Source: a virus
Lineage: Duplodnaviria; Caudoviricetes
Direction: 5' to 3' (one strand)
Virus record (IMG/VR): IMGVR_UViG_3300025924_000001
Coordinates: 47,865-111,864 of that record
DNA length: 64,000 bases
Position 1 is the stretch's first letter; the number at the start of each line of letters is the position of its first letter. The notes below the pieces were generated by a model, which was given only the letters and a program-made list of their open reading frames with translations, was not told the DNA's origin and ran no database searches. The translations under genes were made by a program, and so were the position numbers. This document shows, in pieces, positions 10,320 to 19,563 of the stretch.

Positions 10320-10660
10320 GGTTCCTCGGTCTCCTCGCTGGGATCGTCGACGTCCTCGGGATAGACCACGCGGCTCGCGTCCCAGGTCGGCCAGTACGTG
10401 AACTCGGTGACGTCACCGTCGCCGTTGAGCTTGCCGCTCGCGAGCCTGGGGCACGCGGGGGTTGAGGAGCCGGCGTGGATGCCGGCGCAGAAGCGGCAGA
10501 GGCCGCCGTCGGCGGCGACCTTCTCGAGCTCCTCGCGCTCAGCCCGGCTGATCGGCAGGCGAGGTTGGCTGCCGAGCAGGCGCTGTGCGCTGCTGACCGC
10601 GGCGAGCGCGGCGAGGTCGAGCTGCGAGTGCGGTGAGGGGCTCGCGCCGGGCATCGTCAT
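10316..10660 (-). CDS. Hypothetical Cys/His (Zn-binding?) protein
   Basis: ATG at 10660 overlaps the upstream TGA; CRFC...H...CPR motif. Confidence 0.55.
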   Translation of the reverse strand: MTMPGASPSPHSQLDLAALAAVSSAQRLLGSQPRLPISRAEREELEKVAADGGLCRFCAGIHAGSSTPACPRLASGKLNGDGDVTEFTYWPTWDASRVVYPEDVDDPSEETEEP

Positions 10661-12060
10661 CAGTACGCTCCCACGAGGGGAATGAAGCCGGTGTTGGTGC
10701 CGACGCTGGTTGGGTTGAATGACGCCGGTAAACCAGACTGGCCGTTGAGATAGAACGAGCGACGGTTGCCGGCGTTGCTGACGCCGAGGCCGAGCCACGG
10801 GGCGTTGAGGTCGTTGGCGCCGAGCGCGTACGGGACGTTGACGCCCGTGAAGCCACCGAGGATGTAGAGGATGTAGACGAAGCGGCCGGTTCCCTGCGCG
10901 GCGACCGTGGTGATGCCGCCGCTGGTCCAGCCCGCGAGGTTCCACAGGTTGTTGTCGTTGGGCGACACCTGCAGCTGCGTGCCGCTGTCGTTGTAGATGC
11001 CGAGCTGGTTGGGCACCGCGGAGGAAGAGTAGGTGCCACCGGTCCGCACGGCCGCGACGAGCGTTGACAGCGCGGTGTTGGCCGGCACGTAACACCGCGC
11101 ACCGAAGACGGTGCCGCTGGCGAGACCGGAGATGTTCTGGAACAGCATCGGGTCATCGCTCGCGGTCAGCAGGCCATAGCCGCTGAGGGGGTAGACGGGT
11201 CCACCGGCCGCGGCTGGTGCGGCCCACTTGACGCCGACGGTCTGAGCGGCGTCCGCGGTGAGGACGAAGGTGTCGGTGCCGACCGGGAGGTGGACGGGCG
11301 CGCCGCCACTGATCGCGACGATCAGGTCACCCTTGGCGGTGAGGAGCGTGTTCTCGATGGCGTTGACGATGCGGCTGTCGTTGCCGGCCGCCACGGTTCC
11401 ACCCGTGGTTCCCACGTTCAGGGTTGCGGCCCCACCGAGCCCCAGGCTGCCTCGGGCCCCGGTGACGCTGACGACGTCCGACAAGTTGTTGGCTGCCTGC
11501 AGGGACCCAGTGATGCGAGAGTCGTTCCCGGCTGCGACCGTCCCAGCGGTCGTACCGACGCTCAACACCGCAGCGCCGCCGAGACCGAGGTTCGCGCGAG
11601 ACCCGCTCGGACTGGCCACGTCGGACAGGTTGTTCGCGGCCTGGAGCGCGCCAGTGATGCGGCCGTCGTTGCCGGCGGCCGCAGTGCTCGAGCTCGTGCC
11701 GAGCTGGTAGAGCTGGTACCAGATCGCGGCGTTGGTCACGACGCTCTCGGCGACGAAGTACGCGGACGTGCTCGTGTTGAGCCACACCGACGTGATCGAG
11801 TAGCCCTGGGTGCCGTCGTCCGTCGCGGTGGGGTTTCGCGTCGCGGTGAAGTTGTTCTGAACGCCACTTCCGCCGCCGAACGGGGTGGGTGCCGGCCAGG
11901 CGCCGTTGGCCTTGGGACCATAGAACACGGACGTGTTGGACGTGTTGAGGTAGAAGTCGCCGTTGAAACCGAGCGAGTTGCTGGGGGCTCCCACCCCGGA
12001 CAGCCAGCCGGTGCCGCGGGGACCGGAGGTGCCAGCGGTCGTGATGGTGACGTTGACCAC
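10660..12060 (-). CDS. Fibre-like structural protein with internal repeats
   Basis: N-terminal G.GAP...G..GDFYL...YGPK..GAW motif of actinophage fibre proteins; three AAGND(S/G)RI and two NNLSDV...R..LGLGGAA repeats. Confidence 0.65.
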   Translation of the reverse strand: MVNVTITTAGTSGPRGTGWLSGVGAPSNSLGFNGDFYLNTSNTSVFYGPKANGAWPAPTPFGGGSGVQNNFTATRNPTATDDGTQGYSITSVWLNTSTSAYFVAESVVTNAAIWYQLYQLGTSSSTAAAGNDGRITGALQAANNLSDVASPSGSRANLGLGGAAVLSVGTTAGTVAAGNDSRITGSLQAANNLSDVVSVTGARGSLGLGGAATLNVGTTGGTVAAGNDSRIVNAIENTLLTAKGDLIVAISGGAPVHLPVGTDTFVLTADAAQTVGVKWAAPAAAGGPVYPLSGYGLLTASDDPMLFQNISGLASGTVFGARCYVPANTALSTLVAAVRTGGTYSSSAVPNQLGIYNDSGTQLQVSPNDNNLWNLAGWTSGGITTVAAQGTGRFVYILYILGGFTGVNVPYALGANDLNAPWLGLGVSNAGNRRSFYLNGQSGLPASFNPTSVGTNTGFIPLVGAY

Positions 12061-12072
12061 CCGTGGTCCTCC

Positions 12073-12447
12073 CTAGGGCTGCGCGACCGTGCGGCCGTAG
12101 AAGACGCCGGCGACGAGCGCCGTGGCGTCGCTCAGGTTGGGGTCCATCCAGAGCGTGTAGCTCGCGCCGTACTCCGAGAGCAGGTTGGTCGCCGTGGGGG
12201 TCAGAACGACCTGCAGGGTCGACGTGCTGCTCGTGACGGTGATCGTGCCGGCGCTCGTGGAGGCGGTGCTGTTGACGAGGAAGACGGTTGCGCCGGACTG
12301 GTTGCTGCGAACGACGAGCTCAAACGTCTTGTTGGTGATGTTCGTCAGGGAGCCGTCGTCGTTGGTGACCTGGTAGCTCTGCGCCCACTGCGAGCCGATG
12401 GGTGCGATGGCCTGGAAGAAGTTGGGCAGGGGAGCCGGCTGGGTCAC
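12073..12447 (-). CDS. Structural adaptor-like protein (BppU-N-like)
   Basis: GTG start overlaps the terminase stop; beta-sandwich pattern ending in Y.L......L..G. Confidence 0.45.
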   Translation of the reverse strand: MTQPAPLPNFFQAIAPIGSQWAQSYQVTNDDGSLTNITNKTFELVVRSNQSGATVFLVNSTASTSAGTITVTSSTSTLQVVLTPTATNLLSEYGASYTLWMDPNLSDATALVAGVFYGRTVAQP

Positions 12448-13946
12448 GCGGCCTCCTCGATGCCGGCCCCGCAGTGCGGGCACTTGTCGCGGGCGACGCC
12501 GCCGCTGGTCTTGGTGAACGGCTTCTCGCACCGGTGGCACTTGACGACGCCGTAGGCGTCGAGCCACGAGCCGCCGATGAGGTCCTTGAGGTCGTAGAAC
12601 GCCCAGACGCAGGCGTCCATTCGGTCCGGGGACTCGGGGTCACCCGGCGCCCAGGTACACATCTCGTCCTCGAGCTGGGGGAAGATCCCCACGTGGTGGA
12701 TGCGGTGCTGCTCGTAGAGGGCGGAGACGGGCTCGGCGCGGGTGTTCTTGCCGCGGCTCGCCCGCACCGATCGGAACGACACGTTGTTGTCGACGGCGCG
12801 AAGGACCGTGCCGATGTAGTCGCCGCCGTTGTTGACCTCGGCGACGATCCGGTCGGCCTCGAACTCGTGGTAGGCGTCCACGGCGCGGCGCATGCACTGC
12901 TGTGGGGTGCCGCGCATCGTGTAGTCGGCGAGGACGTAGCCGTTTCCCTCGCGGTCCGCGGCCGCGACGACGATGCCGGTGAGGTCGCTGGTCTCGCCGC
13001 TCGTGACGGAGGGGTCGACGCCGACGACGACGCGCACCAGGTCGAGGTTCTCGCGGGCCTCAACGGGTAGACGGTCGTTCTCGAGCCACTCGCGCTTCCA
13101 CAGGGCGTTGTCCCGGTTCTCGAGGATCTCGGCGTCGAGCTCCTGCAGGCCGAGCTGGGTGCCGAGCATCGGGGCGATGACGTTGGCCTTGTAGCTGTCG
13201 CTGAGGTTCTCGAGGTTGTCGACGGTGCGGCCGCGGGTGACGATGACGTTGTCGCGCTGCATGAGCCCCGGCGTCGCGAGCTTCGTGTCGGAGACACGGA
13301 GCAGGGCCACGGGGCGGGGCGTGGTGGCGACGACGATCCGGCTCACGTAGTCGAGCGGCCAGTCGGGGCGGCGGGGAAGGCGGGTCGCGATGGTCAGGTT
13401 GGACCACGTGGTGTCGGCCGCGGTGCCCTTGTGGGCGTCGGCCCAGAAGCAGGACTCGTCGCCCCACCCGAAGTGAAACTGCGGACCGCGGAGCTGCCAG
13501 GGCTTCTCCGCGGAGTACGTGAAGAACTTGCTGCCGTTCTCGAGGTAGAGCTCACCGAGGGAGCGGTTCCACGCGCCGTTGATCTTGCCGCCGCGGAGCT
13601 CGGTCTGCTTGAAGCAGTTGAGCAGCCCCGAGTCGCCCTCGATCATGGTGTCGCGGGTGTCGCCGATGGTGCGGGCGACGAGCGCGATGCGGCAGCCGGG
13701 GTACCGCCGGGCCTTCTCCGCCATGAGCTCGGCGGCGGTGCGGGACTTGCCCCAGCCACGGCCGGCGAGGATCAGCCAGACGAACCAGTTTCCCTCGGGC
13801 TCGAGCTGGTCGGGGCGGGCGGTCTCGCGCCAGGTGCGCTTGTGACCGTCACCGTTGTCGATGTCGGTCTTCTTCTGCTGCAGCTCGCGGAGGCGACGCA
13901 GCTTGTCGAGCTTGACCTCCAGGAGAGTGTCGACCACGGCGCTCAC
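12444..13946 (-). CDS. terL: Terminase large subunit
   Basis: Walker A AGRGWGKS, LRGPQF, Walker B WGDE, ATTP, RNase H-like VGVDP and SPDRMDA; extra C-terminal CHRC/CPHC zinc finger. Confidence 0.93.
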   Translation of the reverse strand: MSAVVDTLLEVKLDKLRRLRELQQKKTDIDNGDGHKRTWRETARPDQLEPEGNWFVWLILAGRGWGKSRTAAELMAEKARRYPGCRIALVARTIGDTRDTMIEGDSGLLNCFKQTELRGGKINGAWNRSLGELYLENGSKFFTYSAEKPWQLRGPQFHFGWGDESCFWADAHKGTAADTTWSNLTIATRLPRRPDWPLDYVSRIVVATTPRPVALLRVSDTKLATPGLMQRDNVIVTRGRTVDNLENLSDSYKANVIAPMLGTQLGLQELDAEILENRDNALWKREWLENDRLPVEARENLDLVRVVVGVDPSVTSGETSDLTGIVVAAADREGNGYVLADYTMRGTPQQCMRRAVDAYHEFEADRIVAEVNNGGDYIGTVLRAVDNNVSFRSVRASRGKNTRAEPVSALYEQHRIHHVGIFPQLEDEMCTWAPGDPESPDRMDACVWAFYDLKDLIGGSWLDAYGVVKCHRCEKPFTKTSGGVARDKCPHCGAGIEEAA

Positions 13947-13978
13947 CCCCGCTGTTGACCTGAAGTCAGCCTAGATCG

Positions 13979-14530
13979 TTAGGTCAGGTTGATCCGCTTG
14001 GCCTCCGCGAGCTCCGCCTCGAGCTTCGCGATCTCCGCGTCGACGCTGTCGACGGTGAGGATCTCGGCCTTGGTGGGCGCGTCGAGCCCGAGGAGCCGCG
14101 CGCGCCGTTCCTTGATCTTGAGGATGCGGTCGACGATCTCCATCAGGAGGCGCTTGTCCGGGACCGCGAACCCCTCCTCATCGACGATGATCCGACCCTG
14201 CTGCACGAGGCGGGGGTTGGCCTGCAGCTCGCGCCAGCAGATCGCCTCGAGCTCGTCGTAGCTCTGCAGCTCGAGCGCCCGGGTCTCATCCGCGGCGAAT
14301 CGCACGGCGCGGGCCATGGCTCGCTTGACCGCGGCGCCGGCGCGGTCCGGTGAGGGACCGCTCTCTCGCTTGCCGTCGACCCACAGCTCGAGCCGTACCG
14401 CGATCTGCTCGAGGGACCAACCGAGCGCCTTGAGGCGCGCGGCCTCGGAGTCACGGGCGCGGCCGTAGCTGTCGACGGGGCCGATGGGCAGGGGGACCAG
14501 GAGCTGGTCGTCACCGTTGCGGTCGCTCAC
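13979..14530 (-). CDS. Terminase small subunit (HTH)
   Basis: GAGGAGG SD plus GTG at 14530; HTH (GWSLEQIA) and ERRARLLGLDAP motif typical of actinophage TerS; directly upstream of terL. Confidence 0.75.
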   Translation of the reverse strand: MSDRNGDDQLLVPLPIGPVDSYGRARDSEAARLKALGWSLEQIAVRLELWVDGKRESGPSPDRAGAAVKRAMARAVRFAADETRALELQSYDELEAICWRELQANPRLVQQGRIIVDEEGFAVPDKRLLMEIVDRILKIKERRARLLGLDAPTKAEILTVDSVDAEIAKLEAELAEAKRINLT

Positions 14531-14562
14531 CGGGCCTCCTCGTTGGTCGTTCAGTTGACACA

Positions 14563-14603
14563 GGACAGCCCCACCTCTCGGGGGTGGAGAGGTGGGGCTG
14601 TCC
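14563..14603. terminator. 17-bp perfect stem-loop between rpf-like gene and terS
   Basis: ggacagccccacctctc / gagaggtggggctgtcc. Confidence 0.65.
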
Positions 14604-14622
14604 CGTTGAGCCGTCGCGATCC

Positions 14623-15466
<844 letters not shown>

Positions 15467-15542
15467 TCAACCGGTGCTTGCGGTCCAAAACCTACCAACC
15501 ATTGAAGATCAAGTAAACAGTTGAGGTACGATTAATATCAAA

Positions 15543-15833
15543 TCAGTCCGCGACGCCCGTGAGGGCTGCGATCTTGTCGTACGCCTCGATCAGGTTCTCA
15601 GCCAGGTAGACCCGGATGTGTCGCCGCCTCGACCCGTTGTGGCGCTTCCCCGCCGGCTCCAGACCTGCCAGGTGGATCAGGTTCCGAACCTGGCCCTCGG
15701 TGAGCCTCGGCGGCCCGAGCAGGCTGGCCGCGTCGAACACCGACCAGTACCTGGGATCGAGCAGGGGAACGACCTCGAGGTCCCTGGAGGACCAGCCGCG
15801 TCGCGGCTGGTTGGTCTTGTCTTCATCACTCAC
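15543..15833 (-). CDS. Putative DNA-binding protein (MerR/excisionase-like HTH)
   Basis: WSVFDAASLL...QVRNLI...G...R.Y pattern. Confidence 0.45.
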   Translation of the reverse strand: MSDEDKTNQPRRGWSSRDLEVVPLLDPRYWSVFDAASLLGPPRLTEGQVRNLIHLAGLEPAGKRHNGSRRRHIRVYLAENLIEAYDKIAALTGVAD

Positions 15834-16495
15834 GATGCGATCCCTACGTTGACGTCGTCGATGGTGGGCGGCGGAAGCCCCACGCTGCCGTCACGCCAGG
15901 CGAGAACCCAGCCCTGGATGACCGGCGAGTAGTCCATGCGCGCGACCGGGCGGCGGTCGTCGCCGTCGCGGCAACCCGGGTTGACGCACCGGACCTCACC
16001 GCGGCTGGACCAGAAGCGCAGGGTGAGCTGGCCGCAGTAGGGGCACCGTGCCTCCGCCTGGCCGACGTTTCGGGGAAGCCGTTGAGGCAGGTCCCGCTCG
16101 CCGAGGACGATGAGGGAGCGCGCGCACCAGCCGCCCAGCTCACGGGCCGGCTCGAAGAGCCAGTCGTCGTGGATGGCCTCGGCGAGGCTCACGATCGCTC
16201 GCAGGGCGAAGATCGTGTTCGCGTCGTCCCCACCGCGCCGCAGCCAGCTCATGCCGGCGAGGTCGCGCAGGTCGTTCTCGAGGTAACGCGCCGTCGCGTG
16301 GATCTCGAGAACGAGGTGGGCGACGGGGGCGTTCCACGGTGGCTGCGAGTGGTCGATCCGACCGGTGCGACCGCGGCCGCCGAGGCGGCTCGTGGGCGTC
16401 GCGATGATCGCGTCGAGGCGGTCGACGAGGGTGACGGCGTCGGTGACCGCGGCGCTCAGCCGCTCCCGAACGGTCGATCTTACGGGCTCCACCAT
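15830..16495 (-). CDS. Zinc-ribbon protein, putative phage transcriptional regulator
   Basis: CPYCG...CVNPGC motif. Confidence 0.5.
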   Translation of the reverse strand: MVEPVRSTVRERLSAAVTDAVTLVDRLDAIIATPTSRLGGRGRTGRIDHSQPPWNAPVAHLVLEIHATARYLENDLRDLAGMSWLRRGGDDANTIFALRAIVSLAEAIHDDWLFEPARELGGWCARSLIVLGERDLPQRLPRNVGQAEARCPYCGQLTLRFWSSRGEVRCVNPGCRDGDDRRPVARMDYSPVIQGWVLAWRDGSVGLPPPTIDDVNVGIAS

Positions 16496-16786
16496 GGTGC
16501 GATAGTATCATCGCACTGGTTTTCTCAGCTGAGATCAACGTTACCGTTCGATACCTGACCCTGGACACGACGATGGGGCCGGGTTGACCCGACCCCACCG
16601 TCTCTACGCTGAGACCATCATACCACCAGTTGAGGTTCCCCTACCAGCGGCTCGCTCGCCGCAGCAGCCAGAGCCAGAACCCCAACCGACGGTGTCGACC
16701 GCGACGGTGTCGCCGTCGCAGGGGCGGCAGGACCTGGCACTTCGGGAACGTGCAGCCACCGGCGCACCAGGTGGAGCACCGGGGGT

Positions 16787-18535
16787 TCACCCCTCCCACG
16801 GCCACCGCCCCGCCTGCCGGTCCTCCCACGGCCACCGCCCCGCCTGCCGGGCCTCGAGGGTCGGGATCAGACCGAACGTCGCGTCGGTCAGGCCGCCGAG
16901 CTCGTAGCGGTTGGTGCCCGGCTGCGTCGGCAGCGCGGACGCCGTGTAGGCGGCGACGTTGAAGGCGTAGATCGGCACGCCGCGGGGCGCCGAGGCGTCG
17001 ACGTCACCGATGTGGTAGCCGTGCATGACGTTGCCGAACGTCTGCAGGTCGGTGAGGATGATGACCCGTCGGTGGTCGTCCCGCAGGGTCTCGCTCACGG
17101 CCCGGGCGATCTCGGTGCCGCCGCCGACGCTGCCGATGCTCTTCCGGAACGTCTCCACGGCCCGCAGCAGGCTCGTGCCGCGGTCGACGCCGGTGACGTG
17201 GAACTGCCGGTTCGCGAAGCCCCACAGGTCGACGCCGGCGGGGTTCCGGATCTTCAGGGCGAGCCCAAAGATCGCGGCCGCGGTCGCGTAGTCCATCTTC
17301 GACTTGCTGGACAGCTCGCCGTAGGTCATCGAACCGGAGGTGTCGACGAGCACGAGCGTCCGCCCGTCGAGGATCGGCACGTTCGCGAGCGAGTGGCTCA
17401 GGGCCTGCTCCAGGGCGTGACCCCACCGCAGGGACTGCACCTCCCGGTAGGCGGACCAGAACCGGAACGGCAGTTGCCGGCTCCGCTTGACCTGCTCCGG
17501 GTCGGCGAGCCGCGTGATCAGCGGCCCGGCCACGGAGTCCGGGACCCCGGCCTCGTCGAGGTTGCGAAGGTTCCGCAGCAGGGCCATGTAGCCCATGGTC
17601 GGTGCGGCGAGCTGCCAGATCTCGGCGTTGGTGATCGGTTCAACCCTGGTCGGCTTCTCACCGAGCCACGGCTTGAGCCACTCCCACTGCCCGACCATCG
17701 CACCCTGGATCAGGTCCAGGGAGACCTGGTTGCCTCGCAGGGCACCCCAGGCGAGCTCGTGCCGCTCGTCGGGCGCGTAGCGCGACAGGGTGTGCCGCAG
17801 GTGGACCTTGGTCAGGGACTCCGGCGGCTCCGCGTCGTCGCGACCCTGCCGCGCTGTGATCGCCCACCGGAACAGGTCGTCCTGCCACGAGCGCTCGGCA
17901 CCGGGGACGCGGACGTTCGCGTGGGTCAGCTCGAGCACGTCACCGAACCGGACGGCCTTGGCCTCACCGTCGTAGCGCAGGAACGCGGCCTCGTCGTAGA
18001 GGCGGGTGACGGCGTCGGCGACGCCGCGCTTGACCGGCTTCGGCAGCCGGAGCTGCGCGGTGCCGTCGTCGCGGATGACGCCCCAGCGGTGCTTCCAGTA
18101 GGCGAGCAGCTCGCCGGGCTCGTCCGCGCGCTGCAGGACGGACGTGATGAGCTCGCGGTTGCCGTCACCAACCTTGCCGGCAGCGAGCCGCGCGTGCACG
18201 GCCTCCGCGGCGAGCAGCAGGGACGCGGTGCGGATGTTGCCCGGGCCGCGCAGCCAGGAGAGGAAGGCACGCACCCACGGCCACGTCTCATCGTCGGTCG
18301 CGAGGCCGCGCACGAGCTCGCGGAGCCGGTCCGTGCCCTCATCCGCGGTCTCGTAGAACGCCTTCTCGCCGGCGAACCGCGTGGTTGCGCGGAGGAACAG
18401 CTCCGATCGAGCGTCGCGCGTGTAGCCCGGGGCGCCCTCGTGGGTCACGGTGTCGGGGGTCGAGCTGACCGTCCGCAGCGGGCCGCCGGGGGCGACGCGT
18501 CGCGGCTGGGTCGCTGCCTTGTTGAATCCTGCCAC
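16787..18535 (-). CDS. rsr: TROVE/vWA domain protein (Ro60 orthologue)
   Basis: THEGAPG...SELF, QRADEPGE, PKPVKRG, MGYMALLRNLRN, SRQLPFRF, vWA MIDAS LVDTSGSM, GGT, IILTD; GAGGAG SD before GTG at 18535. Confidence 0.93.
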   Translation of the reverse strand: MAGFNKAATQPRRVAPGGPLRTVSSTPDTVTHEGAPGYTRDARSELFLRATTRFAGEKAFYETADEGTDRLRELVRGLATDDETWPWVRAFLSWLRGPGNIRTASLLLAAEAVHARLAAGKVGDGNRELITSVLQRADEPGELLAYWKHRWGVIRDDGTAQLRLPKPVKRGVADAVTRLYDEAAFLRYDGEAKAVRFGDVLELTHANVRVPGAERSWQDDLFRWAITARQGRDDAEPPESLTKVHLRHTLSRYAPDERHELAWGALRGNQVSLDLIQGAMVGQWEWLKPWLGEKPTRVEPITNAEIWQLAAPTMGYMALLRNLRNLDEAGVPDSVAGPLITRLADPEQVKRSRQLPFRFWSAYREVQSLRWGHALEQALSHSLANVPILDGRTLVLVDTSGSMTYGELSSKSKMDYATAAAIFGLALKIRNPAGVDLWGFANRQFHVTGVDRGTSLLRAVETFRKSIGSVGGGTEIARAVSETLRDDHRRVIILTDLQTFGNVMHGYHIGDVDASAPRGVPIYAFNVAAYTASALPTQPGTNRYELGGLTDATFGLIPTLEARQAGRWPWEDRQAGRWPWEG

Positions 18536-18568
18536 GTTCCTGACTCCTCTTCCTCGTTGGTCAGACAA

Positions 18569-18612
18569 CACGAGACCCTCAGCTCGACAGGGAGTGAGCT
18601 GAGGGTCTCGTG
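18569..18612 (-). terminator. 17-bp perfect hairpin between the RNA array and ro60
   Basis: cacgagaccctcagctc / gagctgagggtctcgtg, followed by TTGTCT on the minus strand. Confidence 0.6.
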
Positions 18613-18684
18613 GTGGTGTGGTTCACCCCGTCACGGGTCAACCACGGTGCTCGTCACGGCGACTGATTGGACGAGGTCACGCCG

Positions 18685-18758
18685 TTGCGGGGACGGGATT
18701 TGAACCCGCGACCTGTGGGTTATGAGCCCAACGCGCTACCGAGCTGCGCCACCCCGCT
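18685..18758 (-). tRNA. tRNA-fMet (CAU), initiator-type
   Basis: Cloverleaf; GGG-CTCATAA-CCC anticodon arm with three G-C pairs; unpaired 1:72; T loop TTCAAAT; no encoded CCA. Confidence 0.9.
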
Positions 18759-18774
18759 AGGGCTTCGTGAGCTG

Positions 18775-18860
18775 GACCGGGACGAGACCTGAGGTTGACG
18801 ATCGGCAATGAGGCGCAACCAATTTGCGAAGTAGCCGGTCGTCAGCGCACCGTCCCGGTC
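18775..18860 (-). ncRNA. Y RNA-like unit Y1 (short payload)
   Basis: Terminal stem, GGTGCG, inner stem ending CGG, CTACTTC, payload hairpin, GGTCTC; scaffold shared with Y2-Y5; adjacent to ro60. Confidence 0.7.
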
Positions 18861-18870
18861 GCTCACGAGG

Positions 18871-18959
18871 TTCACCACGAGACCGGAGGTTGGCTGACGG
18901 ACCGTCGCTACCGATTAAGAGTCGATTGAAGTATCCGTCGGCCTTCGCACCGTGGTGAA
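18871..18959 (-). ncRNA. Y RNA-like unit Y2 carrying a Lys(CUU) anticodon stem-loop
   Basis: Same scaffold; payload ATCGA-CTCTTAA-TCGGT. Confidence 0.75.
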
Positions 18960-18976
18960 GATCATGTAGTTGTGGG

Positions 18977-19121
18977 TCGTCGCGAGACCGAGGCCGCTCA
19001 CGGTTGATTCAGTAACGTGCTACCGATTACACTACAGCCCGAGGGGCCGACGGGACTCGAACCCGTACCTCAACCTTACGAGGGTTGTATTGAAGTAGCC
19101 GCTCGCTTCGCACCGCGACGA
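18977..19121 (-). ncRNA. YrlA-like Y RNA Y3 with a complete permuted tRNA-Thr(CGU) domain
   Basis: Scaffold plus anticodon arm CAACC-CTCGTAA-GGTTG, T arm ACGGG-TTCGAGT-CCCGT, looped acceptor stem, D arm. Confidence 0.8.
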
Positions 19122-19133
19122 TGAAGTTGTGGC

Positions 19134-19268
19134 TCACCTCGAGACCGAAGCGCCGATCGGGGTATGCCGCTTGGCCGCTGCGGCTAACGACCGGGGTTGA
19201 GACCGGTCGATGGGATTCGAACCCACGATTCCACCAGGAAGTACCCGCTCAGCTTCGCACCGAGGTGA
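19134..19268 (-). ncRNA. YrlA-like Y RNA Y4
   Basis: Scaffold plus T arm GTGGG-TTCGAAT-CCCAT, looped acceptor stem CGACCGG/CCGGTCG, D arm. Confidence 0.8.
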
Positions 19269-19298
19269 AGTTGTCGTGAGGGGTTGCCCTCTCACTCG

Positions 19299-19372
19299 TG
19301 GCTACCGCTGGGTTCGAACCAGCGACCTCCCCGGTTTCAACGGGGCGCTCTCCCAGCCTGAGCTAGGCAGCC
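19299..19372 (-). tRNA. tRNA-Phe (GAA)
   Basis: Cloverleaf; CCCCG-TTGAAAC-CGGGG; T loop TTCGAAC. Confidence 0.88.
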
Positions 19373-19375
19373 AGG

Positions 19376-19478
19376 TGCACGATGCGGGGTCATCCCCCGC
19401 TTGAGCTCGTCTCATGGCCGAGCCCTTTCAGCGGTACAGGAACTCGAGTACTTGTCAGCTGAAGGTTCGCCGTCGTGC
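19376..19478 (-). ncRNA. Unidentified multibranch structured RNA
   Basis: Closing stem GCACGA/TCGTGC, long internal stem CCTTCAGC/GCTGAAAGG, hairpin GCGGGG-GATGA-CCCCGC; lies between two tRNAs. Confidence 0.4.
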
Positions 19479-19488
19479 CGGCACCCCG

Positions 19489-19559
19489 TACCCCACGCCG
19501 GGATTGAACCGGCGCCAGCCGCTTGAGGGGCGGCCGTGCTACCACTACACCAGTGGGGC
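19489..19559 (-). tRNA. tRNA-Glu (CUC) with C33
   Basis: Cloverleaf; GCCGC-CCCTCAA-GCGGC; T loop TTCAATC. Confidence 0.8.
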
Positions 19560-19563
19560 GTGC

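Noticed and set aside
19000-19260. T-arm sequences in Y3 and Y4 (and Y5) as ordinary tRNA genes
   Set aside because: Arm order is permuted (T before D) and the acceptor stem is closed by a loop.
19384-19400. GCGGGGGATGACCC resembling the end of a type I-E CRISPR repeat (possible RNA anti-CRISPR)
   Set aside because: Only half a repeat; the upstream CCCCGC arm is missing and it pairs with downstream sequence instead.
19489-19559. Reading the loop as UCA (Sec or opal suppressor)
   Set aside because: The 5-bp stem centres CUC, and there is no long variable arm.
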